NCBI GenBank assembly: GCA_021789435.1
Contig: JAJYJO010000002.1
Location: 3,713-67,712, forward strand
Direction: 5' to 3'
DNA: 64,000 nt
From: Chloroflexota bacterium
GTDB lineage: Bacteria; Chloroflexota; Limnocylindria; Limnocylindrales; CSP1-4
A program made the translations under genes and the position numbers. Below the pieces are notes generated by a model. It was not told where the DNA came from and made no database searches. It saw nothing but the letters and a program-made list of their open reading frames with translations. Below are positions 24,738 through 34,454 of this stretch, piece after piece (the first letter of the stretch is position 1; every line of letters starts with the position of its first letter).

Positions 24738-25724
24738 ATGGAGACCGTCGAGCCCGCCGGAACCGCGCTGCGGCTCGGCGCCCACCTGTCGCATGCCGGT
24801 GGCCTCGTCCGGGCGGCCGATCGGGCAGGTCGGATCGGTGCCAACGCCCTCCAGGTCTTCGCCGACAATCCGACAGCCTGGCGTCGTCGCGGCGAGCCGT
24901 CGCCTGAGCTGGAGGCCTTCCGGGAACGCCTGGCCGCGCTGGACATCCGGCCCGTGGCCATCCACGCGGCCTACCTGATCAACCTGGCCGGACCGAACCC
25001 CCAACTCCGCGAACGCTCGATCGCCGTCCTGCGCAGCGAACTGGAGGTCGCGCCGGGCTACGGGGCCCGGTTCGTCAACGTGCACGTGGGCTCGCACCTG
25101 GGGACCGGTGTCGAGGCAGGCGTCGGGCGGGTTGCGGCGGCCGTCGCCCGGGTGCTCGGGGAGGTCGAAGGCGGCCCCGGCGCCGCCACGCTCGTCCTGG
25201 AGAACTCGGCCGGCGGTGGCGGTGGCGTGGGTGCCACGGTGACCGAGCTCGCGGGGATCCTCGACGCGGCGGCGGCGCACGGCGTGGACCCGGCGCGGCT
25301 GGCGATCTGCCTCGACACCGCGCACCTCTGGGGTGCCGGTTACCGGATCTCCGAGCCCGCGGAGGTGGATACGCTCCTGGCCGAGTTCGACCGCCGGATC
25401 GGCCTCGGGCGCCTGGCGATGATCCACCTCAACGATTCGAAGGCAGCCCTCGGCTCGCGGTCGGACCGGCACCAGCACCTGGGCGCCGGAGCGATCGGCG
25501 TGGCAGGCCTGGGCCATCTCCTCCGCCAGCCTGCCCTGGCCGGCGTCGCCTGGTACCTGGAGACACCGGGCATGGATGACGGTTACGACGCCGTCAACCT
25601 GGCCCGCGCCCGCGATCTGGCCGCCGGTCGGCCGCTCCAGCCGCTGCCGCCCGAGCCGGCCAGACGGACCCGGCCTGAGCGCCGGGGGATGGCCGAACGG
25701 CGCCGCCCGGCGGCCGACGCATGA
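24738..25724 (+). CDS. nfo: Endonuclease IV (AP endonuclease family 2)
   Basis: 'LGAHLSHAGG', 'FADNPTAW', 'AIHAAYLINLA', 'VNVHVGSH', 'LVLENSAG', 'ICLDTAHLWGAGY' and 'IHLNDS' are canonical Nfo metal-binding motifs. Confidence 0.8.
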   Translation: METVEPAGTALRLGAHLSHAGGLVRAADRAGRIGANALQVFADNPTAWRRRGEPSPELEAFRERLAALDIRPVAIHAAYLINLAGPNPQLRERSIAVLRSELEVAPGYGARFVNVHVGSHLGTGVEAGVGRVAAAVARVLGEVEGGPGAATLVLENSAGGGGGVGATVTELAGILDAAAAHGVDPARLAICLDTAHLWGAGYRISEPAEVDTLLAEFDRRIGLGRLAMIHLNDSKAALGSRSDRHQHLGAGAIGVAGLGHLLRQPALAGVAWYLETPGMDDGYDAVNLARARDLAAGRPLQPLPPEPARRTRPERRGMAERRRPAADA

Positions 25725-27277
25725 CCGCCGCCGGGGCGAGCCCGCCGACCGGCGATGCCAACCGGACCCGGCGGCGCCCGGCGATCGCCCCGTGGGAGTG
25801 GCTTGGCTTCGGCGCAGTCATCCTCGTCGCCGCGGCGGTTCGGCTCGTCGGGCTGGCGGGCCGCGGGACCTGGGATGCCGACCAGGGCCACGACATGCTC
25901 GTCCTGCGGGCGTTCGTCGTGGACGGCCAGATCCCGCTCGTGGGCCCGCCGACCTCGATCGGGACGTTCCACCACGGCGCGCTCTACTACGACCTGCTCG
26001 CGCCGGCAGCTTGGCTGAGCGGCGCCGATCCCGTGGTCGTCGTCGCCGAGATCGCGCTCGGCGGCGTGCTGGCGGTCGGCCTGGTCTGGTGGCTCGCCAG
26101 GGCAATCGCCGGCCCGGTCGCCGCGATCGCCGCGGCCGGCCTGATCGCGATCTCGGCCACCGCGATCGACGCATCGACCTTCATCTGGAACCCCAACCTG
26201 ATCGCCGCCTCGAGCGCCCTGCTTTTCTGCGCCGAGTGGCAGGCCTGGCGCAGCCGGCAGCCGCGCTGGTGGCTCCTGGCGGCCGCCGCTCTCGCGGTGA
26301 CGATGCAGCTGCACGTCCTGGGCAGCGTCCTGGCCGTCCCGACCGCCGCCTTCTTCCTGGTGGATCTCCGCCGCCGCCCAGCCGGCGAGCGCGGGGCGGT
26401 CCTCCGCTGGGGCGCGGGCGGCCTGGCGCTCATCGCCGCGAGCTACGTTCCGTTGCTCGTGTACGACCTGGGCCACGACTTTGCGGAGACGCGCGGGATC
26501 GTCGGCTTCTTCCTCTCGCCGGAAGGGGCGCACAGCGGGCTGGATCCGGTCTCCCGCCTGATCTTCGGGACGCTCCGCATCCTCGCCTGGCCGCTGGCCG
26601 GCCTCATCACGAACGCCCCGCTCCCGGGCATCCTGGCCGCCGTCTCCGCCCTGGCCGTCCTGGCCTGGTGGCCGCTCCGGGCCCACGGCGAGGAGCGCGT
26701 CGCAGCGCGCTGGCTCGTGGCGACGCTGGGCTTCTCCATCGTCGTCCTGGCGCTGGCGGTGGGCGGACTCTCGCTGGTCACGCCGCTCCCGAACGACCAC
26801 TACCACGCCTTCCTGGACCCGCCGGTCTTCGTCGCGGCAGGAGTCGCGGCCGCCGCCCTCTGGGCACGCGGGCTGCCGGGCCGGGTGCTGGCCGGGGCTG
26901 GGCTCGCGGCCCTCGTCGCCTGGAACGTCGCGACCTGGCCGCCGGCCACGGCAGTTGACGGAGGCTGGCCCGCCGCGGAGTCGGCGGCAGCTCGACTCCA
27001 GCGCGACACGCCCGGCTTGACGCTGGCGCTCGTCAGCCTACCGTCGTTCAAGACGGCGGAGGCCTATGCCTTCCCGCTCGTCCGGGACGGAGACCCACCG
27101 GTGGGCCCCTCCCGCGCTGGCGCCGTCGTAGTCCTCTGCGATGCCCTCTTCGTTCACGACTGCGGGGGGCCGGCGGAGGCCGTGGCCGTGGCCGACCTCG
27201 GGGTCCTCCGACTCGTCGACCGCTTCGCGCCCGCACCGGGACGCACCCTATCCGTCTACCTGCGGGGCGAACCTTGA
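25721..27277 (+). CDS. GT-C membrane glycosyltransferase, ArnT/PMT_2-like
   Basis: ATGA overlap with nfo. 518 aa, about 12 TM helices, loop-1 acidic motif 'WDADQGHD', aromatic periplasmic loops. Confidence 0.55.
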   Translation: MTAAGASPPTGDANRTRRRPAIAPWEWLGFGAVILVAAAVRLVGLAGRGTWDADQGHDMLVLRAFVVDGQIPLVGPPTSIGTFHHGALYYDLLAPAAWLSGADPVVVVAEIALGGVLAVGLVWWLARAIAGPVAAIAAAGLIAISATAIDASTFIWNPNLIAASSALLFCAEWQAWRSRQPRWWLLAAAALAVTMQLHVLGSVLAVPTAAFFLVDLRRRPAGERGAVLRWGAGGLALIAASYVPLLVYDLGHDFAETRGIVGFFLSPEGAHSGLDPVSRLIFGTLRILAWPLAGLITNAPLPGILAAVSALAVLAWWPLRAHGEERVAARWLVATLGFSIVVLALAVGGLSLVTPLPNDHYHAFLDPPVFVAAGVAAAALWARGLPGRVLAGAGLAALVAWNVATWPPATAVDGGWPAAESAAARLQRDTPGLTLALVSLPSFKTAEAYAFPLVRDGDPPVGPSRAGAVVVLCDALFVHDCGGPAEAVAVADLGVLRLVDRFAPAPGRTLSVYLRGEP

Positions 27278-28158
27278 GAACCCTGGACGAGCTGACGCAG
27301 GCCGTGCGTCTCGGGAACAACCCGGGCCCGCCAGGTCTCCGGCGCGCCGGCGTCGTGCGGATCGCCTTGTCGATGGTGGGGGCGATCACCGTTGTCGGGG
27401 TCTACCTCATCGGCGGCGGACCCGGCTGGGACACCTACGCGTATTGGCGCGCCGCCACGAAACTCGATCCCTACGGGGTGAGTGTCGCGTTTGGATCGTT
27501 CAACTACAGCCCTCCGATCGTCGACCTCCTGCGCCCATTCGGAGCGCTCCCCTGGCCCCTGTTCTATGGTGGCTTGACCGCCCTGTCGCTCGCCGCGCTC
27601 GTGTGGATGTGTCGCACGTGGTCCCTGGCTGCCCTGGCCTTTCCTCCCGTGGCAATCGACCTCTACCAGGGCAACATCCACCTGATCCTGGCCGCGATGA
27701 TCGTCGCCGGATTCCGGTGGAGCGGCGTCTGGGCGGTGCCGATCCTGACCAAGGTTTCGCCCGGTGTCGGACTGCTCTGGTTCGCCGTGAGACGGGAATG
27801 GCGGCCACTCACGCTGTCGCTGGCGGTGACGGCAGCGATCGTCGCGGCGTCTCTACTGGTCCAGCCGGGGCTCTGGGCGTCCTGGCTCCACCACCTCGCT
27901 GTCACGACGCTTCCCGCGGACGCGGTAGCGGTACCGGTGCCATTCCTGCTCCGACTGCTGACCGCGGCCGGCCTCGTCGCCTGGGGAGCGGCGACGGCAC
28001 GGCGTTGGACCGTCCTCGTCGGCGCCATGTGGGCCACCGCGTTGCTCGGCATCGGCGGCTTCGCGATGCTGGCCGGGCTGGTACCGCTCTGGCGCGAGAA
28101 CCGGAGTCGGGCCGACCGGCGAGGCGGCGAGCCGGGACCCCGGCCGGCCGCGAGATAG
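27274..28158 (+). CDS. DUF2029 / GT87-type membrane glycosyltransferase
   Basis: TTG start overlapping the upstream stop; 'ILTKVSPGVGLLWFAV' K-x-P loop; multi-TM. Confidence 0.6.
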   Translation: MRTLDELTQAVRLGNNPGPPGLRRAGVVRIALSMVGAITVVGVYLIGGGPGWDTYAYWRAATKLDPYGVSVAFGSFNYSPPIVDLLRPFGALPWPLFYGGLTALSLAALVWMCRTWSLAALAFPPVAIDLYQGNIHLILAAMIVAGFRWSGVWAVPILTKVSPGVGLLWFAVRREWRPLTLSLAVTAAIVAASLLVQPGLWASWLHHLAVTTLPADAVAVPVPFLLRLLTAAGLVAWGAATARRWTVLVGAMWATALLGIGGFAMLAGLVPLWRENRSRADRRGGEPGPRPAAR

Positions 28159-28258
28159 AGCGAACGCCGGCCCGTTGGGTCGGCGTTCGCTGTCCCCGAG
28201 ACCCGGAAGGGGAGGGGCCTCCCGGGCCGCACCCTGGAATTCTGTGGTCGGCGGCCGC

Positions 28259-28798
28259 CTAGTAGCGGGTGGAGCGCTCCGGCAGCGGCCGGGCGAGCGG
28301 CCGGCCGAACCGGCTCCCCGTCGCGCCCACCGGCGGGACGCGTCCTGCGGCCGTCGCTTCCATCCGGGGACCGCGAAGGCCTCCGGCATCCATGCCGCCG
28401 CGCAGCTCCGAGTCACCCGGGTGGACCCCGGCGGGGTAGGCGCGGGCATAGCGCCGCATCCGTACGGCCAGGTAGTACTCCATGACCTGGCGGACCTGGG
28501 CCTCGCTCAGCAGCTCGTCCGCCCGGAGCGCGTACTCGACTCGGGCCGTCGGGTTGGTGGCCGCGGCGGTGACGGTACCCAGGTACTGGGGAGCGTCCGC
28601 GTCATCCCGGATCTCCCGGAGGCCGCGAGCCAGCTTCGTCGCCGTTCCCAACGAGGGCATCCGGTCGCCGCGGATCAGTCGCGAGATCGTGGAATGGTCG
28701 ACCCCCGACTGCTGGGCGAGCTGGCGCTGGGACATCTTCTTGGCCTTCAGCTGGGTGCGAAGCCACTCGTTGAAGGCCCGTCCGTTCTGACCGGTCAT
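28259..28798 (-). CDS. XRE-family helix-turn-helix transcriptional regulator
   Basis: ATG 28798 (MTGQNGRAFNEWLR). HTH 'MSQRQLAQQSGVDHSTISRLIRGDRMPSLGTATKLARGL'. Confidence 0.6.
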   Translation of the reverse strand: MTGQNGRAFNEWLRTQLKAKKMSQRQLAQQSGVDHSTISRLIRGDRMPSLGTATKLARGLREIRDDADAPQYLGTVTAAATNPTARVEYALRADELLSEAQVRQVMEYYLAVRMRRYARAYPAGVHPGDSELRGGMDAGGLRGPRMEATAAGRVPPVGATGSRFGRPLARPLPERSTRY

Positions 28799-29200
28799 GG
28801 GCTGCCCGGCACTCCTGCTCCCGCGCGGCGGTGCCGCGATGCGCCAACTATCGCCACGGCGCGGGCCGGTCGATATGACCCGTTGGTACCGGGGGGTGCC
28901 GACCGCTCGGCGTCGCGGCTGCAAGCCGGGCAGCAAGGCGGAGCGGGTGCGGTGGCGAAAGGCGTCGTGCCCGGGGCCTCGGGGTACGGCGCATCACCCG
29001 CCGGCGGGCGGGGGGCAGCGAGTGGGGAGCGGCCGGAGTGGGGAGCGGCCGGAGCGGCCGGACGACCAGGGGCCGGGGCGCAGGACGAGGCTCGGCAGTG
29101 AACGCGGGGGCGAGTTCACCTGTCTCGCCCCCGCGCAGCGGGCCGACGGTTGCCGAGGGGGTGCAGCGGCCGACCCGAGGATCGATGGCTGTTCCCGAGG

Positions 29201-30163
29201 TTACCGGCGGCCGCCACCCCCACTGCCCACCGCCAGCACGTCGACGTAGGTGAGGTTCAGATCGGGCAGCAGGGCGGGGGTCGCCGCCGTCCCTTCACCT
29301 GCCGGCGGGGTTCCCGTGGAGAAGTCCGCGTAGTTGCCGATCTGGGCCAGGGCCAGGTTGACGCCCCCGCTGGGGACGTAGAAGGTGATGCGGTAGTAGC
29401 CGGCCTGCGTCGGCTTCCAGCCGCCCTCCGAAGCGCCGAAGACGTACTTGCCGCCGACGTTGAGTTCAGGAGCGAAGCTCACCGGGACGGGGGTGCCGGC
29501 ATCCCACTGGGTGCCAAGCCAGGTCAGCGTCGTCGGTACGCTCGCTCCGAAGTACTGGATCACCAGCTTCGGGCTGGCGGACACGACCGTCGCCCAGGAG
29601 CTCGCGTACATCGTGCCGTTCGTACCCTGGAGTTCGTCGGCGCTGCTCGGGTATTCGAGCACCGCCATCGTGTAGGCCGTCATGGGCGCGACCAGCTGCT
29701 TGTAGAGCGTCACCTCAAGTCGGAACGGCGCCCGGACCTTGGGGTTGACGGACTCGATGTTGTCGCCCCAGTCGACGTACGAGACGTCCTCGGCCGCCTG
29801 GGCGGCGTACTGCGCCTGCCAGACGTTGCCGGTGGTCTGCTGGGCGTACCACGGGCCGTTCGCCAGCAGGGCGGCGATCTCGTCGGCGGCCAATCCGGGA
29901 TAGTCGCCCGCGTACGGCACGCTGAGGGAGGGGGCGGCCAGCGGCGCGATGGCGAACTGGTCCACGGCGATGGCCGGGAAGGAGAGGTTGTTCCCGACGG
30001 CAGTCTCGCCGCCTCCGCCGCCGCCTCCGCCGCCGCCACTCGGAGGACCCTTGGCGAAGGCTGCGGCGGGAGCCAGCGTGGCCACGATGAGGATGAGGAC
30101 GAGCGACATGACCGCCGGGAGCGTGATCGAGGCGCGCTTCCGGCCGACTACCAGCGTGCGCAT
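29201..30163 (-). CDS. Secreted protein of unknown function (signal peptide plus Gly10 linker)
   Basis: ATG 30163 with GGAGGAG RBS. 'MRTLVVGRKRASITLPAVMSLVLILIVATLAPAAAFA' signal peptide then 'KGPPSGGGGGGGGGGE'. Y/W/N/Q-rich composition, unlike the antisense ORF 29150..31012 covering the same DNA. Confidence 0.55.
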   Translation of the reverse strand: MRTLVVGRKRASITLPAVMSLVLILIVATLAPAAAFAKGPPSGGGGGGGGGGETAVGNNLSFPAIAVDQFAIAPLAAPSLSVPYAGDYPGLAADEIAALLANGPWYAQQTTGNVWQAQYAAQAAEDVSYVDWGDNIESVNPKVRAPFRLEVTLYKQLVAPMTAYTMAVLEYPSSADELQGTNGTMYASSWATVVSASPKLVIQYFGASVPTTLTWLGTQWDAGTPVPVSFAPELNVGGKYVFGASEGGWKPTQAGYYRITFYVPSGGVNLALAQIGNYADFSTGTPPAGEGTAATPALLPDLNLTYVDVLAVGSGGGGRR

Positions 30164-30373
30164 ATCGGGACTCCTCCAGCCGTGAGACGTGGGCGACGGC
30201 GTCACACCCGGTCGCGATGTCCGGGCACTGGCTACGCTACGGACCTCGCCCCGGGTCGTCTGTCGGAACGGGCGCCCTTTGGCTGTAGGAGTCTTCCCAC
30301 AGCGCTCGTACGGTGGCAGAATCCGGAGGCGGTGCTTGTGCGTCTCCAGGCATCCCGGCCAGGGAGGCGCGCC

Positions 30374-31012
30374 ATGACTCGCGCCACGATTCGGGTCCTC
30401 TTCGCGGACGACCACGTCGTAGTCCGCCAGGGCGTGGAGCGCCTTCTCTCGGCGGCCGGCGACATCGAGGTCGCCGGCGTCGCCGGCTCCGGCCCGGAGC
30501 TGCGGGCCCTCCTCCTCGCGCAGCCGGCCGACGTGTGTCTGCTCGACCTCGGAATGCCTGGCGGGGGGCTCGAACTGGTCGCGGCCCTCCTGGGACTCCG
30601 TCCCGGCCTGCGCATCCTGGTCTTCTCGGGACAGGCCCAGGAACAGATGGCGGTTCGCTGCTTCGAGGCCGGGGCGGCGGGCTACCTCGAGAAGACAGCC
30701 GCGAGCCAGGAACTCATCGACGCCATCCACGCTGTCGCCGCCGGGCGCTCGTACGTCACTCCCCAGGCGGCCCAGCTCCTGGCGAGGCAGCTCAACGGCG
30801 GCCGCTCCACGGCCCCCCACGAGCGGCTGTCGCGCCGCGAGTACGAGGTCTTTCGTCGCCTCGCCGCGGGAGGGAGCCTGACCGAGATCGCTGCCGAGCT
30901 GGGGATCTCGGTCAAGACGGCGAGCACGTACCGCACGCGGCTCATGGAGAAGCTGGGTTGCTCGAGGAATGCCGAGCTGACGCGGTACGCCCTCGAGCGG
31001 AAGCTCCTGTGA
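30374..31012 (+). CDS. Response regulator, LuxR/FixJ family
   Basis: AGGGAGG RBS. Receiver 'IRVLFADDHVVVRQGVERLL ... VCLLDLGMPGG' and LuxR HTH 'LSRREYEVFRRLAAGGSLTEIAAELGISVKTASTYRTRLMEKL'. Confidence 0.8.
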   Translation: MTRATIRVLFADDHVVVRQGVERLLSAAGDIEVAGVAGSGPELRALLLAQPADVCLLDLGMPGGGLELVAALLGLRPGLRILVFSGQAQEQMAVRCFEAGAAGYLEKTAASQELIDAIHAVAAGRSYVTPQAAQLLARQLNGGRSTAPHERLSRREYEVFRRLAAGGSLTEIAAELGISVKTASTYRTRLMEKLGCSRNAELTRYALERKLL

Positions 31013-32619
31013 CGACCGCCCGGACAGCCCGGCGCCGGGTGCGGCAGCCCGTCGGCTTCGAAGGCGGTGCGCCGACGAGAGACGGAGTGCCGGCGGAGAG
31101 CGTGCCACTGGCCCTGGACGACGCGCCCGATGCCCTTGTGGTGCTCTCGCCGATCCGCGATGCCGCGGGTGGCATCCTGGATTTCCGGATCGAGTACGCC
31201 AACCGCGCCTGGCGAACCCTGTTCGGCCACGCGCACGCCGATCTCGCGGGACGGAGGGTCTACGAGGCTCTCCCCGCCACGGCGGCCCGGCGGACCATGC
31301 ACGCGACGGTCATGGAGACGGGCGAGCCGGCCGTCGGCACGCTCGAACTCTCGGGTTCTGTCCTGGAGTACCGGGTCGCGAGGTCCGCCGGTTCGCTGGT
31401 GGCGAGCCTCCGCGACATCAGCGAGCGGGTCCTGGCGGTGAAGGCGCTCCGCGCGAGCGAGGAGCGCTATCGGACCCTCGTGGAGGGCCTCGACGCGATC
31501 GTCTTCGTGGACGACGCGGAGGCGGGCACGTCGTGGGTCAGCGCGCAGGCAGAGCGCATCATGGGCTACCCCCCGGCCCAGCTCGCCGAGCCGGGTTTCT
31601 GGCGCTCGCTCGTCGTTTCGGAGGATCGCGCACGGACGGTGGCGCTCTGGGACCACGACGAGCACCTCGACGAGTACGACCTGGAGTATCGCGTCCGGCG
31701 GGCGGACGGGGCCACGATCTGGATCCACGACCGGATGAAGTGCGTGCGGGGCGTGAACGGGAAGGTGCTCCGCTGGTACGGCCTCAGCTTCGATGTGACC
31801 GACCTCCGGACCCTCCGCCAGCAGGCGATCCACAGCGAACGGCTCGAGGCGATCGGCCAGTTCGCGAGCGGCGTCGCGCACGATTTCAGCGACGTCCTGC
31901 TGGGCATCGCCCTGTACAGCGGCTTCGTGCGCGACTCGCTCCCCGACGGAGACCCTCGCGCCCAGGACCTCGACCAGGTCCAGGCCACCGTGGAGCGCGG
32001 GCGGGGGCTTGTCTCCCAGCTGCTCGCCTTCGCTCGCGGGCAGGATGTCGCGATGGCTCCGATCGACCCGGCGCTCATCGCGCGGGAGGTGGCGCCCATC
32101 GTGCAGCGCCTCGTCGGACCGACCATCGAGGTCCGCGTCACGGCCGACCGGGACCCGGGGCTCGTGCTGGGGGATCGGACACAGTACGAGCAGATCCTCT
32201 TCAACCTCGCCTCGAACGCGGCGCGGGCGATGCCGGACGGCGGTCGACTCGAGATCGAGGTGACTGAGGGGAACGCCCCGCGGGGGCGCGGCGGTTCGGG
32301 CTGGGTCCGCATCGTCGTCCGGGACACCGGCGTGGGGATGAGTGCCGAGACGGTTGCCCGCGTCTTCGAGCCCTTCTTCACGACGGCCGAGCGCGGCTAC
32401 GGGACGGGCCTCGGCCTGACCATCGTGCACAGCATCGTCCGCTCGTTCGCCGGCACCATCGACGTCACCAGCGCACCGGGCGCGGGCACCACCTTCGAGA
32501 TCCTGCTGCCGCGCATGACGGAGGAATCGCCGTCCGAGCCGATCCGGGAGACCCCGCCCGAGGGACGCCGCGTGCGCCGCAGGACGCGCCGTCCGGGCGA
32601 CGCGGCCGGGGCCCGGTAG
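31009..32619 (+). CDS. Cytoplasmic PAS/PAC sensor histidine kinase (FixL-like; classical HisKA plus HATPase_c)
   Basis: GTG start overlapping the response-regulator stop (GTGA). Two PAS-like regions, H-box 'ERLEAIGQFASGVAHDFSDVL', N-box 'FNLASNAARAM', G1 'VRDTGVGM', G2 'GTGLGLTIV'. No TM segment. Confidence 0.8.
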   Translation: MTTARTARRRVRQPVGFEGGAPTRDGVPAESVPLALDDAPDALVVLSPIRDAAGGILDFRIEYANRAWRTLFGHAHADLAGRRVYEALPATAARRTMHATVMETGEPAVGTLELSGSVLEYRVARSAGSLVASLRDISERVLAVKALRASEERYRTLVEGLDAIVFVDDAEAGTSWVSAQAERIMGYPPAQLAEPGFWRSLVVSEDRARTVALWDHDEHLDEYDLEYRVRRADGATIWIHDRMKCVRGVNGKVLRWYGLSFDVTDLRTLRQQAIHSERLEAIGQFASGVAHDFSDVLLGIALYSGFVRDSLPDGDPRAQDLDQVQATVERGRGLVSQLLAFARGQDVAMAPIDPALIAREVAPIVQRLVGPTIEVRVTADRDPGLVLGDRTQYEQILFNLASNAARAMPDGGRLEIEVTEGNAPRGRGGSGWVRIVVRDTGVGMSAETVARVFEPFFTTAERGYGTGLGLTIVHSIVRSFAGTIDVTSAPGAGTTFEILLPRMTEESPSEPIRETPPEGRRVRRRTRRPGDAAGAR

Positions 32620-32670
32620 GACGCCGCCGTCCGGGGGCGGAGGGCCGCCGGAGGCCGGAGGGACGGGCGG

Positions 32671-33744
32671 TCAGACCGGCTCCGGCTCCCTGCCCGACGC
32701 GATCCGGCCCTCGCCGCGGGGCTTGGCGGAGAGGGCGTAGGCGATCCCGCCGAAGATGATGACCGAGAAGACGCTGATCGCCCGGTCCAGCAGGGTGATC
32801 GCGGTGGCCTGCGCGACCGGCACGCCGTAGGCCGCGGTCAGGACTCCCAGGATCCCGGCCTCCACGATGCCCAGGCCCGCTGGGCTGAGTGGGACCGCCG
32901 TCAGGAGCGAGCCGATGAGGGCCACGAAGACGGAGCCGGAGAGGCCCAGGTCGACGCCGGGGAAGTCCAGCGCCCGCACCACCAGGTAGAGGCGCAGCGA
33001 CTCGGTCGCCCAGATGGCCACCGTCACGACGCCGAGGACGGGCAGGTTGCGCAGGCCGATGGCGCCGAAGACTCCCTGCTCGAAGCGGTCGTAGAGCTCC
33101 AGGAAGCGGACCGGCAGGGGCAGGCGCTCCAGGATCGGCCGGCCGAAGTTGCGCATCGTGAAGAGCAGCACGGCCAGGAGCGCGATGATCGCCACGCCGA
33201 GCAGGCCGACGATCCGGATCGTCGGCGGCAGGCCGGTCCGGAAGCTCCAGAAGCCCGCCGCCAGGCCCAGGATGGCGATGGCGAAGAGGTCCAGGAAACG
33301 CTCGATGAAGACGGTCCCGAAGGTCCGCGAGAGCGAGGCCGTGCTGTTGATCTTGAGCAGGTAGGCCCGATACACGTCGCCGAGCTTGGCCGGCACCACG
33401 CAGTTGACCAGCCACGAGAGGAAGATGATCTCCGTCGCATCGCGCGTCCGGATCTGGATCCCGGTCCCCCTCAGCAGCCGCGCCCAGCGGAAGCCGCGGA
33501 GCGGGAAGCCCAGGTAGTAGACCACGAGGGCAGCCAGCACCAGCAGCGGATTGGCCTGAAGGATGAGCGACGGGACGCTGGCCAGCTCGCGGTGGTTGAG
33601 CCAGACGAAGGCGACGATGACGACCAGCGGGACGAGGATCGAGATGATCGTCCGTGGCTGGCGGAGGCGCCCGACGAGCGAGATCTGGGCCGCCGCCGCG
33701 GCGACCTCGGCGGTCTCTCCGGCCGTCCCCCGCTCGGCGGTCAT
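32671..33744 (-). CDS. Lysylphosphatidylglycerol-synthase-TM-like / flippase-like membrane protein (UPF0104, PF03706-like)
   Basis: ATG 33744 overlaps the PHP gene stop (ATGA). Eight-plus TM helices, 'WLVNCVVPAKLGDVYRAYLL' typical of the LPG_synthase_TM family. The N-terminal 273 codons of the listed ORF are artefact. Confidence 0.6.
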   Translation of the reverse strand: MTAERGTAGETAEVAAAAAQISLVGRLRQPRTIISILVPLVVIVAFVWLNHRELASVPSLILQANPLLVLAALVVYYLGFPLRGFRWARLLRGTGIQIRTRDATEIIFLSWLVNCVVPAKLGDVYRAYLLKINSTASLSRTFGTVFIERFLDLFAIAILGLAAGFWSFRTGLPPTIRIVGLLGVAIIALLAVLLFTMRNFGRPILERLPLPVRFLELYDRFEQGVFGAIGLRNLPVLGVVTVAIWATESLRLYLVVRALDFPGVDLGLSGSVFVALIGSLLTAVPLSPAGLGIVEAGILGVLTAAYGVPVAQATAITLLDRAISVFSVIIFGGIAYALSAKPRGEGRIASGREPEPV

Positions 33745-34454
33745 GCCACGGCACCGGGACGGACACGGCCGTTGCCGCGGAGCCGCTGCAGGATCTTGGC
33801 CACCGGGCTCATCCCGCGGACCAGGTAGGTCGCCCGGCCCGGCGTCAGCTCGATCGTCCCGGCCAGCGCGGCCAGCATCCCCTCCGGGGTCGACGGGTCG
33901 CCACGGAGGATCGTGTAGGCCACGCCGACCTCCATGACCGTGTGGGCGTCGGAGACGGCCACCCCGGCCAGGTGCCGCTCGCGGGCGAAGTGGGCGGCCT
34001 CCTCGTTCGCCCGGCCGCCCAGGACGCGGGCGTTGTAGGCCTCCACCCAGTCGATCTGGCCGGCGATCCGCTCGAGCTCGTGCTCGCGCCGGGCAAAGCG
34101 CCGGAAGCGGTCGAAGGGGTGGGGGATGCCGACGAGGCCTCCCTGCTCGCGGACCGCCGCGATCGTCTCGAGGGCGGAGAGACCGGGCGCGATCGCCCGC
34201 TCGAGGAAGAGCGCGACCATGTCGCCGTCCGTGCTCCTGATCTCCTCGCCGACGATCACCTGCAGCCCGGCCGGCGCCGCCGACCGCCCCTCCAGCGCGG
34301 CGTCGATCCGGTCGTGGTCGGTGATCGCGAGATGGGTCAGGCCGCGGCCGGCGGCCGCTCGGACCACCACGCGCGGGTCGGCGAGGGAGTCGAAGCTGGC
34401 CCGCGTGTGGCAGTGGAGGTCGACGAAGGCCCGGCCCTCGTCGCCGGCGGCCAT
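33741..34454 (-). CDS. PHP-domain metal-dependent phosphoesterase
   Basis: 'VDLHCHTRASFDS', 'HLAITDHD', 'GIPHPFD', 'VSDAH' His/Asp metal-ligand motifs. Start codon overlaps the mreB stop. Confidence 0.7.
   Translation of the reverse strand: MAAGDEGRAFVDLHCHTRASFDSLADPRVVVRAAAGRGLTHLAITDHDRIDAALEGRSAAPAGLQVIVGEEIRSTDGDMVALFLERAIAPGLSALETIAAVREQGGLVGIPHPFDRFRRFARREHELERIAGQIDWVEAYNARVLGGRANEEAAHFARERHLAGVAVSDAHTVMEVGVAYTILRGDPSTPEGMLAALAGTIELTPGRATYLVRGMSPVAKILQRLRGNGRVRPGAVA

Noticed and set aside
29150-31012. 620-aa plus-strand ORF
   Set aside because: Only the last 212 codons (30374..31012) are a real FixJ/LuxR response regulator with RBS. The first ~340 codons are antisense to the signal-peptide-bearing secreted protein gene 29201..30163.
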